This document shows, piece after piece, positions 1-8,135 of a stretch of 64,000 bases of DNA (position 1 is its first letter; each line of letters opens with the position of its first letter). A program made the translations under genes and the position numbers. Source of the DNA: an uncultured delta proteobacterium (GTDB lineage: Bacteria; Myxococcota; B64-G9). The notes below the pieces were generated by a model. That model made no database searches. It had not been told where the DNA came from and saw only the letters and a list, made by a program, of their open reading frames with translations. The stretch spans positions 1 through 64,000 of the forward strand of contig CAVWHX010000004.1 of the NCBI GenBank assembly GCA_963754925.1, given 5' to 3'.

Positions 1-218
1 AGACCGCAGGTCTCGAGAGTGGCCGCGTCTGGGCACCGCTCAACCAGCGACGTCTTCGTTTCTTGCAACGACGCGCGCGCCACCCGGATCTGCTCTAAAA
101 CCAGCGCGTAGCGAGCCAAGCGCCAGCTCGCATAACCAAAGAGCAGGCAGACAAAGAGCAGCACCACCAGCAGTTGGAGTGCGATTAAGGGCTTGAGGCC
201 GATCCCGATTCGGTTCAT
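1..218 (-). CDS. Partial gene running off the window edge; N-terminal TM protein, probably a PilS2-like sensor kinase
   Basis: Manual translation from ATG at 218: MNRIGIGLKPLIALQLLVVLLFVCLLFGYASWRL..., open to the window edge. The function is guessed only from its position after pilD in Myxococcus-type pil clusters. Confidence 0.45.
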   Translation of the reverse strand, partial: MNRIGIGLKPLIALQLLVVLLFVCLLFGYASWRLARYALVLEQIRVARASLQETKTSLVERCPDAATLETCG

Positions 219-246
219 GCTATGACCTTCACCATGAGATAGGCAC

Positions 247-1120
247 CTACCACAAACCAAATAAGAATCTATCGAAACATTGCGCTAAAAATAGATACTC
301 TATACCCGCGATTGAAAAGAAACGGCCCAAAGGGAATGGCCGCACCGAAAAACGTCGGCTGGGGATCTTCTGCATACGTTTCGCCGGCCATCTTCTTTTC
401 GTTCGCCTCTTCATCGTCTTCCATTTCTTCCGGCACGGGCGGTTTGAGCTCCACGCCGAAAACCCATAGTCCGACCGCCACGGCGATCCCCTGCAGCGAC
501 GCAAACAAGGTAATAAACAAAAGCGCCTTCCAGCCCAACCAAGCGCCGAGCATGGCGAGCAGCTTGACATCGCCCATGCCCATGCCTTCCTTGCCGCGGA
601 TGGCCGAATAGAGCAGCGACACGCCAAGCAACATCCCCCCGCCTACCAGCAATCCTATGAGCGAATCGATCCAATGTCCGGGAAACAGAAACGAGCAGGC
701 AAACCCCAGCAAAATTCCCGGCAAGCTGATCTCGTTGGGAATGATGCGGTGATCCAGATCAATGAACGTTATCGCAATCAGTGCGGCGGTAAAGACAACG
801 TGAACCGCAAGTTCAAGAGACAACCCGAAGCGCAGCCACAGAAGCAACGCCATCAGGCCGGTGAGCGCCTCAATCAATGGGTATCGCCAGGAGATAGTCG
901 CGCCGCAATCCCGGCAGCGGCCGCGTAGGACAAAGAAGCTTACGATGGGGACATTGTCGTACCAGCGGATCTGTTTGAGGCAGAGGGGACAGCGTGAGCG
1001 CGGCGTAACGATTGAAAGGCCTTGCGGCAGCCGCAGAATTACCACATTAAGGAAGCTGCCGACCGTTGCTCCGAAGACGAATAGAAATACTCCTGTATAA
1101 ATGGAAAGGGCCTCCGGCAC
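247..1120 (-). CDS. pilD: Prepilin peptidase/N-methyltransferase with an apparent 1-nt frameshift near the C-terminus
   Basis: GSFLNVVILRLP, two CxxC pairs, IDLDHRIIP, GMGMGDVKL and IPFGPFL motifs. The expected last TM segment (SIAGIEYLFL...) is in another frame ending at 247. Confidence 0.93.
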
Positions 1121-1251
1121 TCATCTCCTCCGCTTTTGATTATTCTCCTGCGTTATGTTCCTACCCAAAGTATACTCCATTCTCCGACATAACCCGCAAG
1201 AAACGGACGTCTTAACATTTCGGGTTGCTTATACCACCGCTCCCCACACGG

Positions 1252-1291
1252 GTGACACCTTTTGTCAGCTCGCGGTGACAGAAAACGTCAC
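1252..1291 (+). promoter_or_regulatory. Two GTGAC-N7-GTCA(C/G) palindromes; candidate PilR upstream activator sites
   Basis: GTGACACCTTTTGTCAG (1252-1268) and GTGACAGAAAACGTCAC (1275-1291), about 75-110 bp upstream of a sigma54 promoter. A related copy lies upstream of pilA3. Confidence 0.6.
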
Positions 1292-1363
1292 TTGAGCATC
1301 ACGCGAGAATATCCGTTTGCCATAACCCATTGGAAATAGAGGAAGCCGGTAGTCCCTATCACG

Positions 1364-1379
1364 CGGCATGCTCCTTGCT
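1364..1379 (+). promoter_or_regulatory. Sigma54 (-24/-12) promoter of pilA1
   Basis: CGGCATGCTCCTTGCT, GG-N10-GC. Confidence 0.8.
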
Positions 1380-1527
1380 TCACCATACTACGACGGCAAC
1401 ACCTCAAGGCTGGCGCGCATGCCTTGAAAGGGTATGTTGAAATGACAAGAAGGCAGACGATTCGAGTGGAAAAGGTTTTTTCACAAAAATCCCCGGGCAA
1501 ATCACATCGGGGAAAAGGAGGAGAGAA

Positions 1528-2109
1528 ATGATCCTGAGAATACGTAACAAAATGAATGCGAAAGGCTTTACCTTGATCGAGCTGATGATCGTCGTCGCCA
1601 TCATCGGCATCCTGGCCGCCGTGGCCATCCCGGCTTTCACGGAATACATCCGCAAGTCAAAGGCGTCCGAGGTCAACGAAGTGTTGGATAAGTGCTATAA
1701 AGGCGTCGTTGATTACTTTGATAAGCCGGTGCCCCAACAAAATGGAACGGTTACATCCGCTCTGTTACCCGCTACGATGACTGGTTATATTCCCGTAGCC
1801 GTGCCGACCGGCGTCTCAAGGTACCCTGCTGCAGCAGACCTTGCATCAGCTAATTACGCAATCATGAAGTCGTTCGGCTGGATTATAACTGACGCTGTCT
1901 ATGGTTCGTATGAATACGACACTACCGTCGCCGCCGGTGTCGCCCCCGTCGCCGGAAACCAGTTCTTCTGCGATGCGTGGACCGACATTAATAATAACAC
2001 CCTCTTGGCCCGCTGGAGAAAACAAGCGACATTCGTGGTCCAGGCAAACGTCGTCTCCGCGTGGCAAGCCGGCGCTGTGTGGCACGACAACACGACAGAC
2101 GATTGGTAG
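1528..2109 (+). CDS. pilA: Type IVa major pilin, copy 1
   Basis: [24 protein letters not shown] prepilin motif, SD AGGAGG, sigma54 promoter upstream. Confidence 0.92.
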   Translation: MILRIRNKMNAKGFTLIELMIVVAIIGILAAVAIPAFTEYIRKSKASEVNEVLDKCYKGVVDYFDKPVPQQNGTVTSALLPATMTGYIPVAVPTGVSRYPAAADLASANYAIMKSFGWIITDAVYGSYEYDTTVAAGVAPVAGNQFFCDAWTDINNNTLLARWRKQATFVVQANVVSAWQAGAVWHDNTTDDW

Positions 2110-2144
2110 AGAACCGCCCGTACCTATCCCGTGAGGGGGACATA

Positions 2145-2702
2145 ATGAAACCAAGAGGCTTTACTTTGATCGAGCTGATGATCGTCGTCGCCATCATCGG
2201 CATCCTGGCGGCCGTGGCCATCCCGGCTTTCACGGAATACATCCGCAAGTCAAAGGCGTCCGAGGTCAACGAGCTGTTGGATAAGTGCGAAAAAGGCGTC
2301 ATTGATTTCTTTGATAAGCCGCAACCACAGACAAATGGAACGGTTACATCCGCTCTGTTACCCACTACGATGACTGGTTATATTCCCGTAGCCGTGCCGA
2401 CCGGCACCTCAAGATACCCTGCTGCAGCAGACTTTGCATCAGCTAATTACGCAATCATGAAGACGTTCGGCTGGATTATAACCAACGCTGTCTATGGTTC
2501 GTATGAATACGACACTACCGTCGCCGCCGGTGTCGCCCCCGTCGCCGGAAACCAGTTCTTCTGCGATGCGTGGACTGACATTAATAATAACACCCTCTTG
2601 GCCCGCTGGAGAAAACAAGCGACATTCGTGGTCCAGGCAGGCGTCGTCTCCGCGTGGCAATCCGGCGCTGTGTGGCACGACATCACGACGGACGATTGGT
2701 AG
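2145..2702 (+). CDS. pilA: Type IVa pilin, copy 2 (short leader MKPRG)
   Basis: ATG at 2145 after GAGGGGG; near-identical to copy 1. Confidence 0.9.
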   Translation: MKPRGFTLIELMIVVAIIGILAAVAIPAFTEYIRKSKASEVNELLDKCEKGVIDFFDKPQPQTNGTVTSALLPTTMTGYIPVAVPTGTSRYPAAADFASANYAIMKTFGWIITNAVYGSYEYDTTVAAGVAPVAGNQFFCDAWTDINNNTLLARWRKQATFVVQAGVVSAWQSGAVWHDITTDDW

Positions 2703-2840
2703 AGAACCGCCCATACCGTTTGCTCAGACCGCTCGTATCTAACCGCTTCCGCCTAAGTTTTCAGCAAGACCACCATCTCTTCAATAAGCACCATAGGTTA
2801 CCCTAACCGTATAACATCCCCTTAGTTATAATTTCCCTTC

Positions 2841-2996
2841 ATGCCGACGCAAAGAGTAACCCAGGTGCGACATCACGTGCTTATATTAATGCTGTTTATG
2901 TCTTGTGCCGCCGCCACCGAAGCAACGCGCTGGGTTTCTTTCCGACACGCCGCCGTCGACCCCTTACGAATAGCAGCGACAAAAAATGTCACTTGA
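2841..2996 (+). pseudogene. Truncated 5' paralog of the pilG-like gene (51-codon ORF), a duplication scar
   Basis: Translates MPTQRVTQVRHHVLILMLFMSCAAATEATRWVSFRHAAVDPLRI|AATKNVT*. The first 44 aa align with the 3889 ORF (...SCSVVTAATRWLSFRHAATDPLRI). Confidence 0.75.
2976..2992 (+). promoter_or_regulatory. Single candidate PilR site upstream of pilA3
   Basis: GCGACAAAAAATGTCAC, homologous to 1275-1291. Confidence 0.55.
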
Positions 2997-3064
2997 CCAA
3001 CATGCGATGGCATACGTCTGCCGCAACCCATTGAAAATATAGGAACCCAGTACCCTGGGTCGAG

Positions 3065-3080
3065 CGGCACGCTCCTTGCA
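3065..3080 (+). promoter_or_regulatory. Sigma54 promoter of pilA3
   Basis: CGGCACGCTCCTTGCA, near-consensus GG-N10-GC. Confidence 0.85.
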
Positions 3081-3226
3081 AGACCATACTACTACGGCAA
3101 TATGTCAACGCAACCGTGCATGCCCTGAGAGAGTGTTTTGAAATGACAAGAAGGCAGACAAATCAAGTGGAAGAATTTTCATCACGACGGTGCCCCAATC
3201 AAATTAATTAAGGGATGGGAGGAGAA

Positions 3227-3808
3227 ATGATCCTGAGAATACGCAAGAAAATGGGCGTAAAAGGCTTTACCTTGATCGAGCTGATGATCGTCGTCGCCAT
3301 CATCGGCATCCTGGCCGCCGTGGCCATCCCGGCGTTCGCGGATTACATGCGCAAGGCAAAGGCTTCAGAGGTCAACGAACTGTTGGATAAATGCTATAAA
3401 GGCGTCGTGGACTACTTTGATAAGCCACAACCACAGACAAATGGAACGGCTACATCCGCTCTGTTACCCGCTACGATGACTGGTTATATTCCCGTAGCCG
3501 TGCCGACCGGCGTCTCAAGGTTCCCTACTGCAGCAGACCTTGCATCAGCTAATTACGCAACCATGAAGTCATTCGGCTGGATTATAACTGACGCTGTCTA
3601 TGGTTCGTATGAATACGACACTACCGTCGCCGCCGGTGTCGCCCCCGTCAACGGAAACCAGTTCTTCTGCGATGCGTGGACCGACATTAATAATAACACC
3701 CTCTTGGCCCGCTGGAGAAAACAAGCGACATTCGTGGTCCAGGCAGGCGTCGTCTCCGCGTGGCAAGCCGGCGCTGTGTGGCACGACAACACGACGGACG
3801 ATTGGTAG
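3227..3808 (+). CDS. pilA: Type IVa pilin, copy 3
   Basis: ATG at 3227 after GGAGG; prepilin motif; near-identical to copies 1 and 2. Confidence 0.92.
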   Translation: MILRIRKKMGVKGFTLIELMIVVAIIGILAAVAIPAFADYMRKAKASEVNELLDKCYKGVVDYFDKPQPQTNGTATSALLPATMTGYIPVAVPTGVSRFPTAADLASANYATMKSFGWIITDAVYGSYEYDTTVAAGVAPVNGNQFFCDAWTDINNNTLLARWRKQATFVVQAGVVSAWQAGAVWHDNTTDDW

Positions 3809-3851
3809 AGAACACCCACACCTTACCCGTATCTTGCCCTAATGGTATAAC

Positions 3852-3880
3852 TTGCCGATCAATCTCCCCTGACTTATAAT
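3852..3880 (+). promoter_or_regulatory. Sigma70-type promoter immediately before the pilG-like ATG
   Basis: TTGCCG-17 nt-TATAAT, 8 nt before the ATG, no SD. Confidence 0.6.
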
Positions 3881-3888
3881 TTCTTCCC

Positions 3889-4698
3889 ATGTTGGTGCGA
3901 AAATCCACCGGAGTGCAACGGTATGCGCTGATCTCAATGCTGGTTCTGTCTTGCAGCGTCGTCACTGCGGCGACTCGCTGGCTTTCTTTCCGACACGCCG
4001 CCACCGACCCGTTGCGAATAAAGGAAGTGCTGCTGCTGCCGCCGGGGCGGATACTACGCCAGATCGATCTCGGCTACCATAGCTTGATGGCCGATTTGCT
4101 CTTTATCAAGGCCAATGTGTATTACGGCGAGAAGATGTATGGCGACCAGGAGACGCCGTGGCTCCCGGGGTTCATCAAGAGTCTGATAGAGATAGATCCG
4201 GACTTCAAGGCCTCCTATCTCTGGGGGGCGCTGGTCACCATCTATTACAAGCGCGAGATTGACGATCTGCCCACGGAGCTTGTCGAACGCGCTAATCGGA
4301 TCCTCGAGGCCGGCATGCGGCGCTTTCCGGACGACTACCGCTTCCCGATGCGCATGGCGTTTAATTTCTACTACGAGATGGGCGATGCCGACGCCGCTCT
4401 GCCCTACTTCGAACGCGCCAGTCAAACGCCGGGCGCTCCGACGTGGATTAGGGAGAAATTAGTCGATATCTACTCCAAAACGGGCAGACAGGAACTCGCG
4501 CGTCGGACCCTAGCGGATCTGCTCGCGGGCACCGAGGACCCAACCTTGATCAAGGCCCTGCACGATCGCATGCAGGTGCTACTCACCAGGGATGAAAGAA
4601 AAGATTTGCTCGACAAGCAACAAACCTTGATCTCCGACTGGAAACAGCGCTATAGATACCTAACCTTTGACCTCTACGTGCTAATTCGTGAGCGATGA
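3889..4698 (+). CDS. PilG-like (Myxococcus) / Xap-type pilus accessory protein with TPR-like region
   Basis: N-terminal TM, LGYHSLMADLLFIK and EIDPDF motifs; lies between pilA and the ABC transporter genes. Confidence 0.7.
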   Translation: MLVRKSTGVQRYALISMLVLSCSVVTAATRWLSFRHAATDPLRIKEVLLLPPGRILRQIDLGYHSLMADLLFIKANVYYGEKMYGDQETPWLPGFIKSLIEIDPDFKASYLWGALVTIYYKREIDDLPTELVERANRILEAGMRRFPDDYRFPMRMAFNFYYEMGDADAALPYFERASQTPGAPTWIREKLVDIYSKTGRQELARRTLADLLAGTEDPTLIKALHDRMQVLLTRDERKDLLDKQQTLISDWKQRYRYLTFDLYVLIRER

Positions 4699-5651
4699 GC
4701 GTGCCCGAGCCAGTCATTAATATCCGCGGTCTTACGAAGAGTTTCAGAACCGGTTTTCGCCGCACGCGCACCGAGGCTTTGCGGGGTCTTGATCTCACCG
4801 TGTCCCCGGGCGAGGTTTTTGGATTTTTGGGACCCAACGGCGCCGGAAAAACAACCACCATCAAGATTTTGGTAGGGCTGCTGCGCCCGGATCAAGGCAC
4901 GGCGTTTTTATTTGGCCAACCGGTTACCGATGTCGCGGTGCGCCGGCGCATCGCGTATATGCCGGAGCTTCCGGACTTTTACGATTACCTTACCCCGGCT
5001 GAGTTTTTATTTCATTGCGGCCGGCTTTCCGGGATCGATACGCACACGCTAGGCTCCCGGGTGCCCGAGGTTATCGCCACGGTCGGCCTCGATCCCAACG
5101 ATCGGCGGCAACTGCGTAAGTATTCAAAGGGCATGCTGCAGCGGGTGGGCATCGCCCAGACCATGTTGGCCAATCCCGATCTGTATATCTTTGACGAACC
5201 CCAAACCGGGCTCGACCCGATCGGCCGGCGTTGGGTGAAAGACCTTATCCTGGACCTCGGTAAGCTCGGCAAGACCGTCTTTTTCTCTTCCCACATTCTG
5301 GCCGAGGTGGAGGCGGTGTGCGATCGAGTCGCCTTCATGACCAACGGCCGGCTGGTGGCCCAAGGTTCGCTGGCCGAGGTCTTGAAGACCGAGACCGGCG
5401 TGTGGGAAATCCTGATCGAGGGACAGGCCGCGCGCACCGATCAAAGCCTGGCGCCGCTTTGTCTGGCGCTGCGTGAAAGTGGGCCCGACACTATTCTCAG
5501 CCTGCCGCAGCAAACTCGGCCCGAGGCGGTGCTGCCGCAGTTGATCGAACGCGGTTACCGTCTTCGGTCGGTCCTGCAGCAACACACGTCGCTTGAGGAT
5601 GTTTTCTTGCAGGCATTGGCTTCTGATTCGAGCGCGGAGAAGACCCCATGA
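4695..5651 (+). CDS. ABC transporter ATP-binding protein (Myxococcus PilH-like)
   Basis: GPNGAGKTT Walker [10 protein letters not shown] signature, DEP Walker B. Confidence 0.9.
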   Translation: MSVPEPVINIRGLTKSFRTGFRRTRTEALRGLDLTVSPGEVFGFLGPNGAGKTTTIKILVGLLRPDQGTAFLFGQPVTDVAVRRRIAYMPELPDFYDYLTPAEFLFHCGRLSGIDTHTLGSRVPEVIATVGLDPNDRRQLRKYSKGMLQRVGIAQTMLANPDLYIFDEPQTGLDPIGRRWVKDLILDLGKLGKTVFFSSHILAEVEAVCDRVAFMTNGRLVAQGSLAEVLKTETGVWEILIEGQAARTDQSLAPLCLALRESGPDTILSLPQQTRPEAVLPQLIERGYRLRSVLQQHTSLEDVFLQALASDSSAEKTP

Positions 5652-6415
5652 GTGCCGTCTTCTCCATCGCCGCTACTACCTTCCGCGAGTCGATCCGCAA
5701 TCGTACGGTGCTCGGGATTGTGGTGCTGGCCATCGCCTTCATCTTGTCGGCGTTGCTTCTGGCCGAGCTATCGCTGGATCAGCGCACGCGGGTGATCAAG
5801 GACTGGGGATTGTTTTGCGTTTCGATCTTCGGGGTGATGCTAGCGATTCTGATGGGCACGAGCCTGGTCTATAAAGAGGTCCACCGCAAGACGCTCTACG
5901 TAATCCTCTCCCGTCCCATTCACCGCTATCAATACGTGTTAGGCAAGTATTTCGGCCTGGCCTTCACGCTCCTGGTGGAGGTTGGCGCGCTTTCGTTGGC
6001 TCTGATCGTCCTCTTGGCCTTCGAGCGCATCACCCCCGACGCCTTGATGTTCAAGGCGCTGTTCCTGAGCGTGATCGAGATTCTGCTGATAGCCGCGCTG
6101 GCGGTCTTTTTTGCGTCCTTTGCCTCGCCCTATCTCAGCGGTTTTTTCACCCTGGGCCTGTTTGTGGTCGGCCGCTCTCTACCGGCGTTGAACACCCTGG
6201 CAGACCGCACCAGCTCGGCCACCCTTCATACGTTGCTCAAGGGGCTTTTCTACGTTTTGCCGAACCTGGCCGACTTCAACCTGAGCACCCGCGCGGTGCA
6301 CGGTCTAGAGATTCCGCTGATCGATGTAATGAATATGACCCTGTATGGCGTTGGCTACCTATCCCTGTTGCTCTTTGTCGCCTCGTGGGTGTTCTCGAAA
6401 CGCGACCTTACATAG
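5648..6415 (+). CDS. ABC-2 type permease (Myxococcus PilI-like)
   Basis: About six TM segments, ILSRPIHRYQYVLGKYFG motif, overlaps the ATPase stop. Confidence 0.85.
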   Translation: MSAVFSIAATTFRESIRNRTVLGIVVLAIAFILSALLLAELSLDQRTRVIKDWGLFCVSIFGVMLAILMGTSLVYKEVHRKTLYVILSRPIHRYQYVLGKYFGLAFTLLVEVGALSLALIVLLAFERITPDALMFKALFLSVIEILLIAALAVFFASFASPYLSGFFTLGLFVVGRSLPALNTLADRTSSATLHTLLKGLFYVLPNLADFNLSTRAVHGLEIPLIDVMNMTLYGVGYLSLLLFVASWVFSKRDLT

Positions 6416-6434
6416 AATACGTTTTAGGACGACG

Positions 6435-7073
6435 TTACCAGGTTGGATTGGTAGTGGCATCAGGGTATCGGTAGATATGCTGATTGTACGAATTACTGCG
6501 CATAAAGACCGAAATCCCATCATGATCGGTGTCCGCTTCGGCCTGGACCGCTATCCAGGGCTGCATCGTGTTTAGGTTATTCCCAAGCTCGATCCAGGCC
6601 ACACCAAAGGTGTTCATACCGCCAAGAACCCCGTTCATCGTTGGATGGTTACTGGGAAGACGGCTGTTTCCTAAGGCGTCGATACCCGAGAACACCTGGT
6701 ATCTGAAGTAAATCGGTCCCTCCGGTCTCCAACCAAGTTGTCTCCAACCTGGCCAGCAGGCCGCGTCGGGATCGGCGGGCCAAACCTGCGTTTGGTCCAT
6801 GGCCGCCGGCAGGTTGGTTGGACAATTTGCTAAGTCTGTGGTATATTGTTTAAAACGAGTAAAGTAAGCTTGCTCGGCTTCAAGGATCCCTTGAATATTG
6901 CTGCTCGCTTCAGAAAGACGGGCATTTTTGATGTAAATGATAAAGGAAGGAATTGAGATCGCGGCAAGAACACCTGCGATGACCACAACCACCATAAGCT
7001 CTATCAGAGTAAAACCCTGAATAGCTGTCCTGCCGGTTCGATAAAACCTATTAAGCTTTCGGCTTGCGTGCAT
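6435..7073 (-). CDS. Type IV pilin-like protein
   Basis: [24 protein letters not shown]; the start could be 7073 or 7097. Confidence 0.85.
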   Translation of the reverse strand: MHASRKLNRFYRTGRTAIQGFTLIELMVVVVIAGVLAAISIPSFIIYIKNARLSEASSNIQGILEAEQAYFTRFKQYTTDLANCPTNLPAAMDQTQVWPADPDAACWPGWRQLGWRPEGPIYFRYQVFSGIDALGNSRLPSNHPTMNGVLGGMNTFGVAWIELGNNLNTMQPWIAVQAEADTDHDGISVFMRSNSYNQHIYRYPDATTNPTW

Positions 7074-7138
7074 GACATCATCCTTGATAATTAACACTGC
7101 CTATAAGACCTAGAACCTTCCGAAAGTTATTTTCAATT

Positions 7139-7714
7139 TCAGTACACGGTTGAGTCGATAGTACCAAGTGCGCCTCGCGTTTTAACGATGGTCTTGTTGT
7201 ATGAGGTTACATAGAAATAAGCTTGCACGGTATCGCAGTCTATATCGCCCATCGCCGTAATGCGGTACCAAGGTGGGTTTAGGTTCGCCGGTGCGGGGTG
7301 TCCCGGGGTGTTGACCGGGATCTGAGTTACCAGTTGGCCGGCAGCGTTATAACCCGTCTCGACTTGATACGTGTAGTATGTTGGGCCAGCGGGATTAAAA
7401 CCTAAATTGATCCAACCTTGATCCGCCGGCACCCCCCAGTTTTGAGCAACGCCGCAAACCCCTGCGTTTGATGCAGTTCCTACTGCGTATGGCCACCAGG
7501 TAATACTCGGCGTGTAGAACTTAAATTCCGCAAAGTACGCTTCCTCCCGTTCGCGGATTCCTTGAAGAACGGTGGCTGTCTCCGAAGCCTTCGCCTCCTT
7601 CAAGTATGAGCGGTATACCGGGATGGCAACTGCCGCCAATATTCCAATGATGGCTACCGCAATCATCAGTTCGATGAGCGTAAATCCCTGGTTGGCAACG
7701 TCATCTTTTTGCAT
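7139..7714 (-). CDS. Type IV pilin-like protein
   Basis: [33 protein letters not shown]. Confidence 0.88.
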   Translation of the reverse strand: MQKDDVANQGFTLIELMIAVAIIGILAAVAIPVYRSYLKEAKASETATVLQGIREREEAYFAEFKFYTPSITWWPYAVGTASNAGVCGVAQNWGVPADQGWINLGFNPAGPTYYTYQVETGYNAAGQLVTQIPVNTPGHPAPANLNPPWYRITAMGDIDCDTVQAYFYVTSYNKTIVKTRGALGTIDSTVY

Positions 7715-7755
7715 GCCCGAACCTCCTTAGCATACAAGAAACCTCAAATAATAAC

Positions 7756-7771
7756 TGCACATTGCATGCCA
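7756..7771 (-). promoter_or_regulatory. Sigma54 promoter for the two minus-strand pilins
   Basis: Minus strand TGGCATGCAATGTGCA, GG-N10-GC, about 40 bp before the ATG. Confidence 0.7.
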
Positions 7772-7980
7772 TAAGGCAAGAACACAGCTCCGTGGCGCTA
7801 AAAATTGGACGTCATGCTTTTATATTTTGTTTTCGGGCAATTGTACTTGCCGTGCCCCATGATTATAACCACAGCGAGATTCTCAATGCTACAAAAATAT
7901 TGAAACAACCATGCAATGTTTTCACATATGGAAAAAAGTATCTTCAATTGACGGTGTCGCTAGAGATTTTTGCCGAGCAA

Positions 7981-8135
7981 CTAGAGATTGTAGCGAGCGA
8001 AGCGAAGCGTATAAGAGATTGTTGACGAACGAAGTGAGGATTACAAGCTCTTATCCTGCGGACAATGTCTTGTCCCTTTAGGGTTAGAGACTGTTAGCAA
8101 GCGAAGCGAGCTTACAGTCTCTTATCCTTATAGGG
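7981..8135. repeat. Cluster of ~50-bp hairpin units (GGATAAGAG...CTTCG...CTCTA on the minus strand), one nested in another
   Basis: Three related units immediately after the pilR stop; homologous to the units flanking the IS at 22273-22311 and 23592-23705. Confidence 0.8.

Noticed and set aside
1201..1220. Possible invertase site pairing with 6421-6436
   Set aside because: Only weak, gapped similarity and no recombinase nearby.
1528..3808. Diversity-generating retroelement acting on the pilA copies
   Set aside because: Differences are not restricted to adenines (e.g. CTT/TTT, GCC/TCC) and there is no reverse transcriptase in the window.
1528..3808. Mosaic recombination inferred from which two copies share a residue
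   Set aside because: With only three sequences and no outgroup, every private change produces such sharing, so it is uninformative.
7981..8135. CRISPR array interpretation of the hairpin clusters (also 23592-23705)
   Set aside because: No constant repeat with unique spacers, irregular period, and no cas genes in the window.
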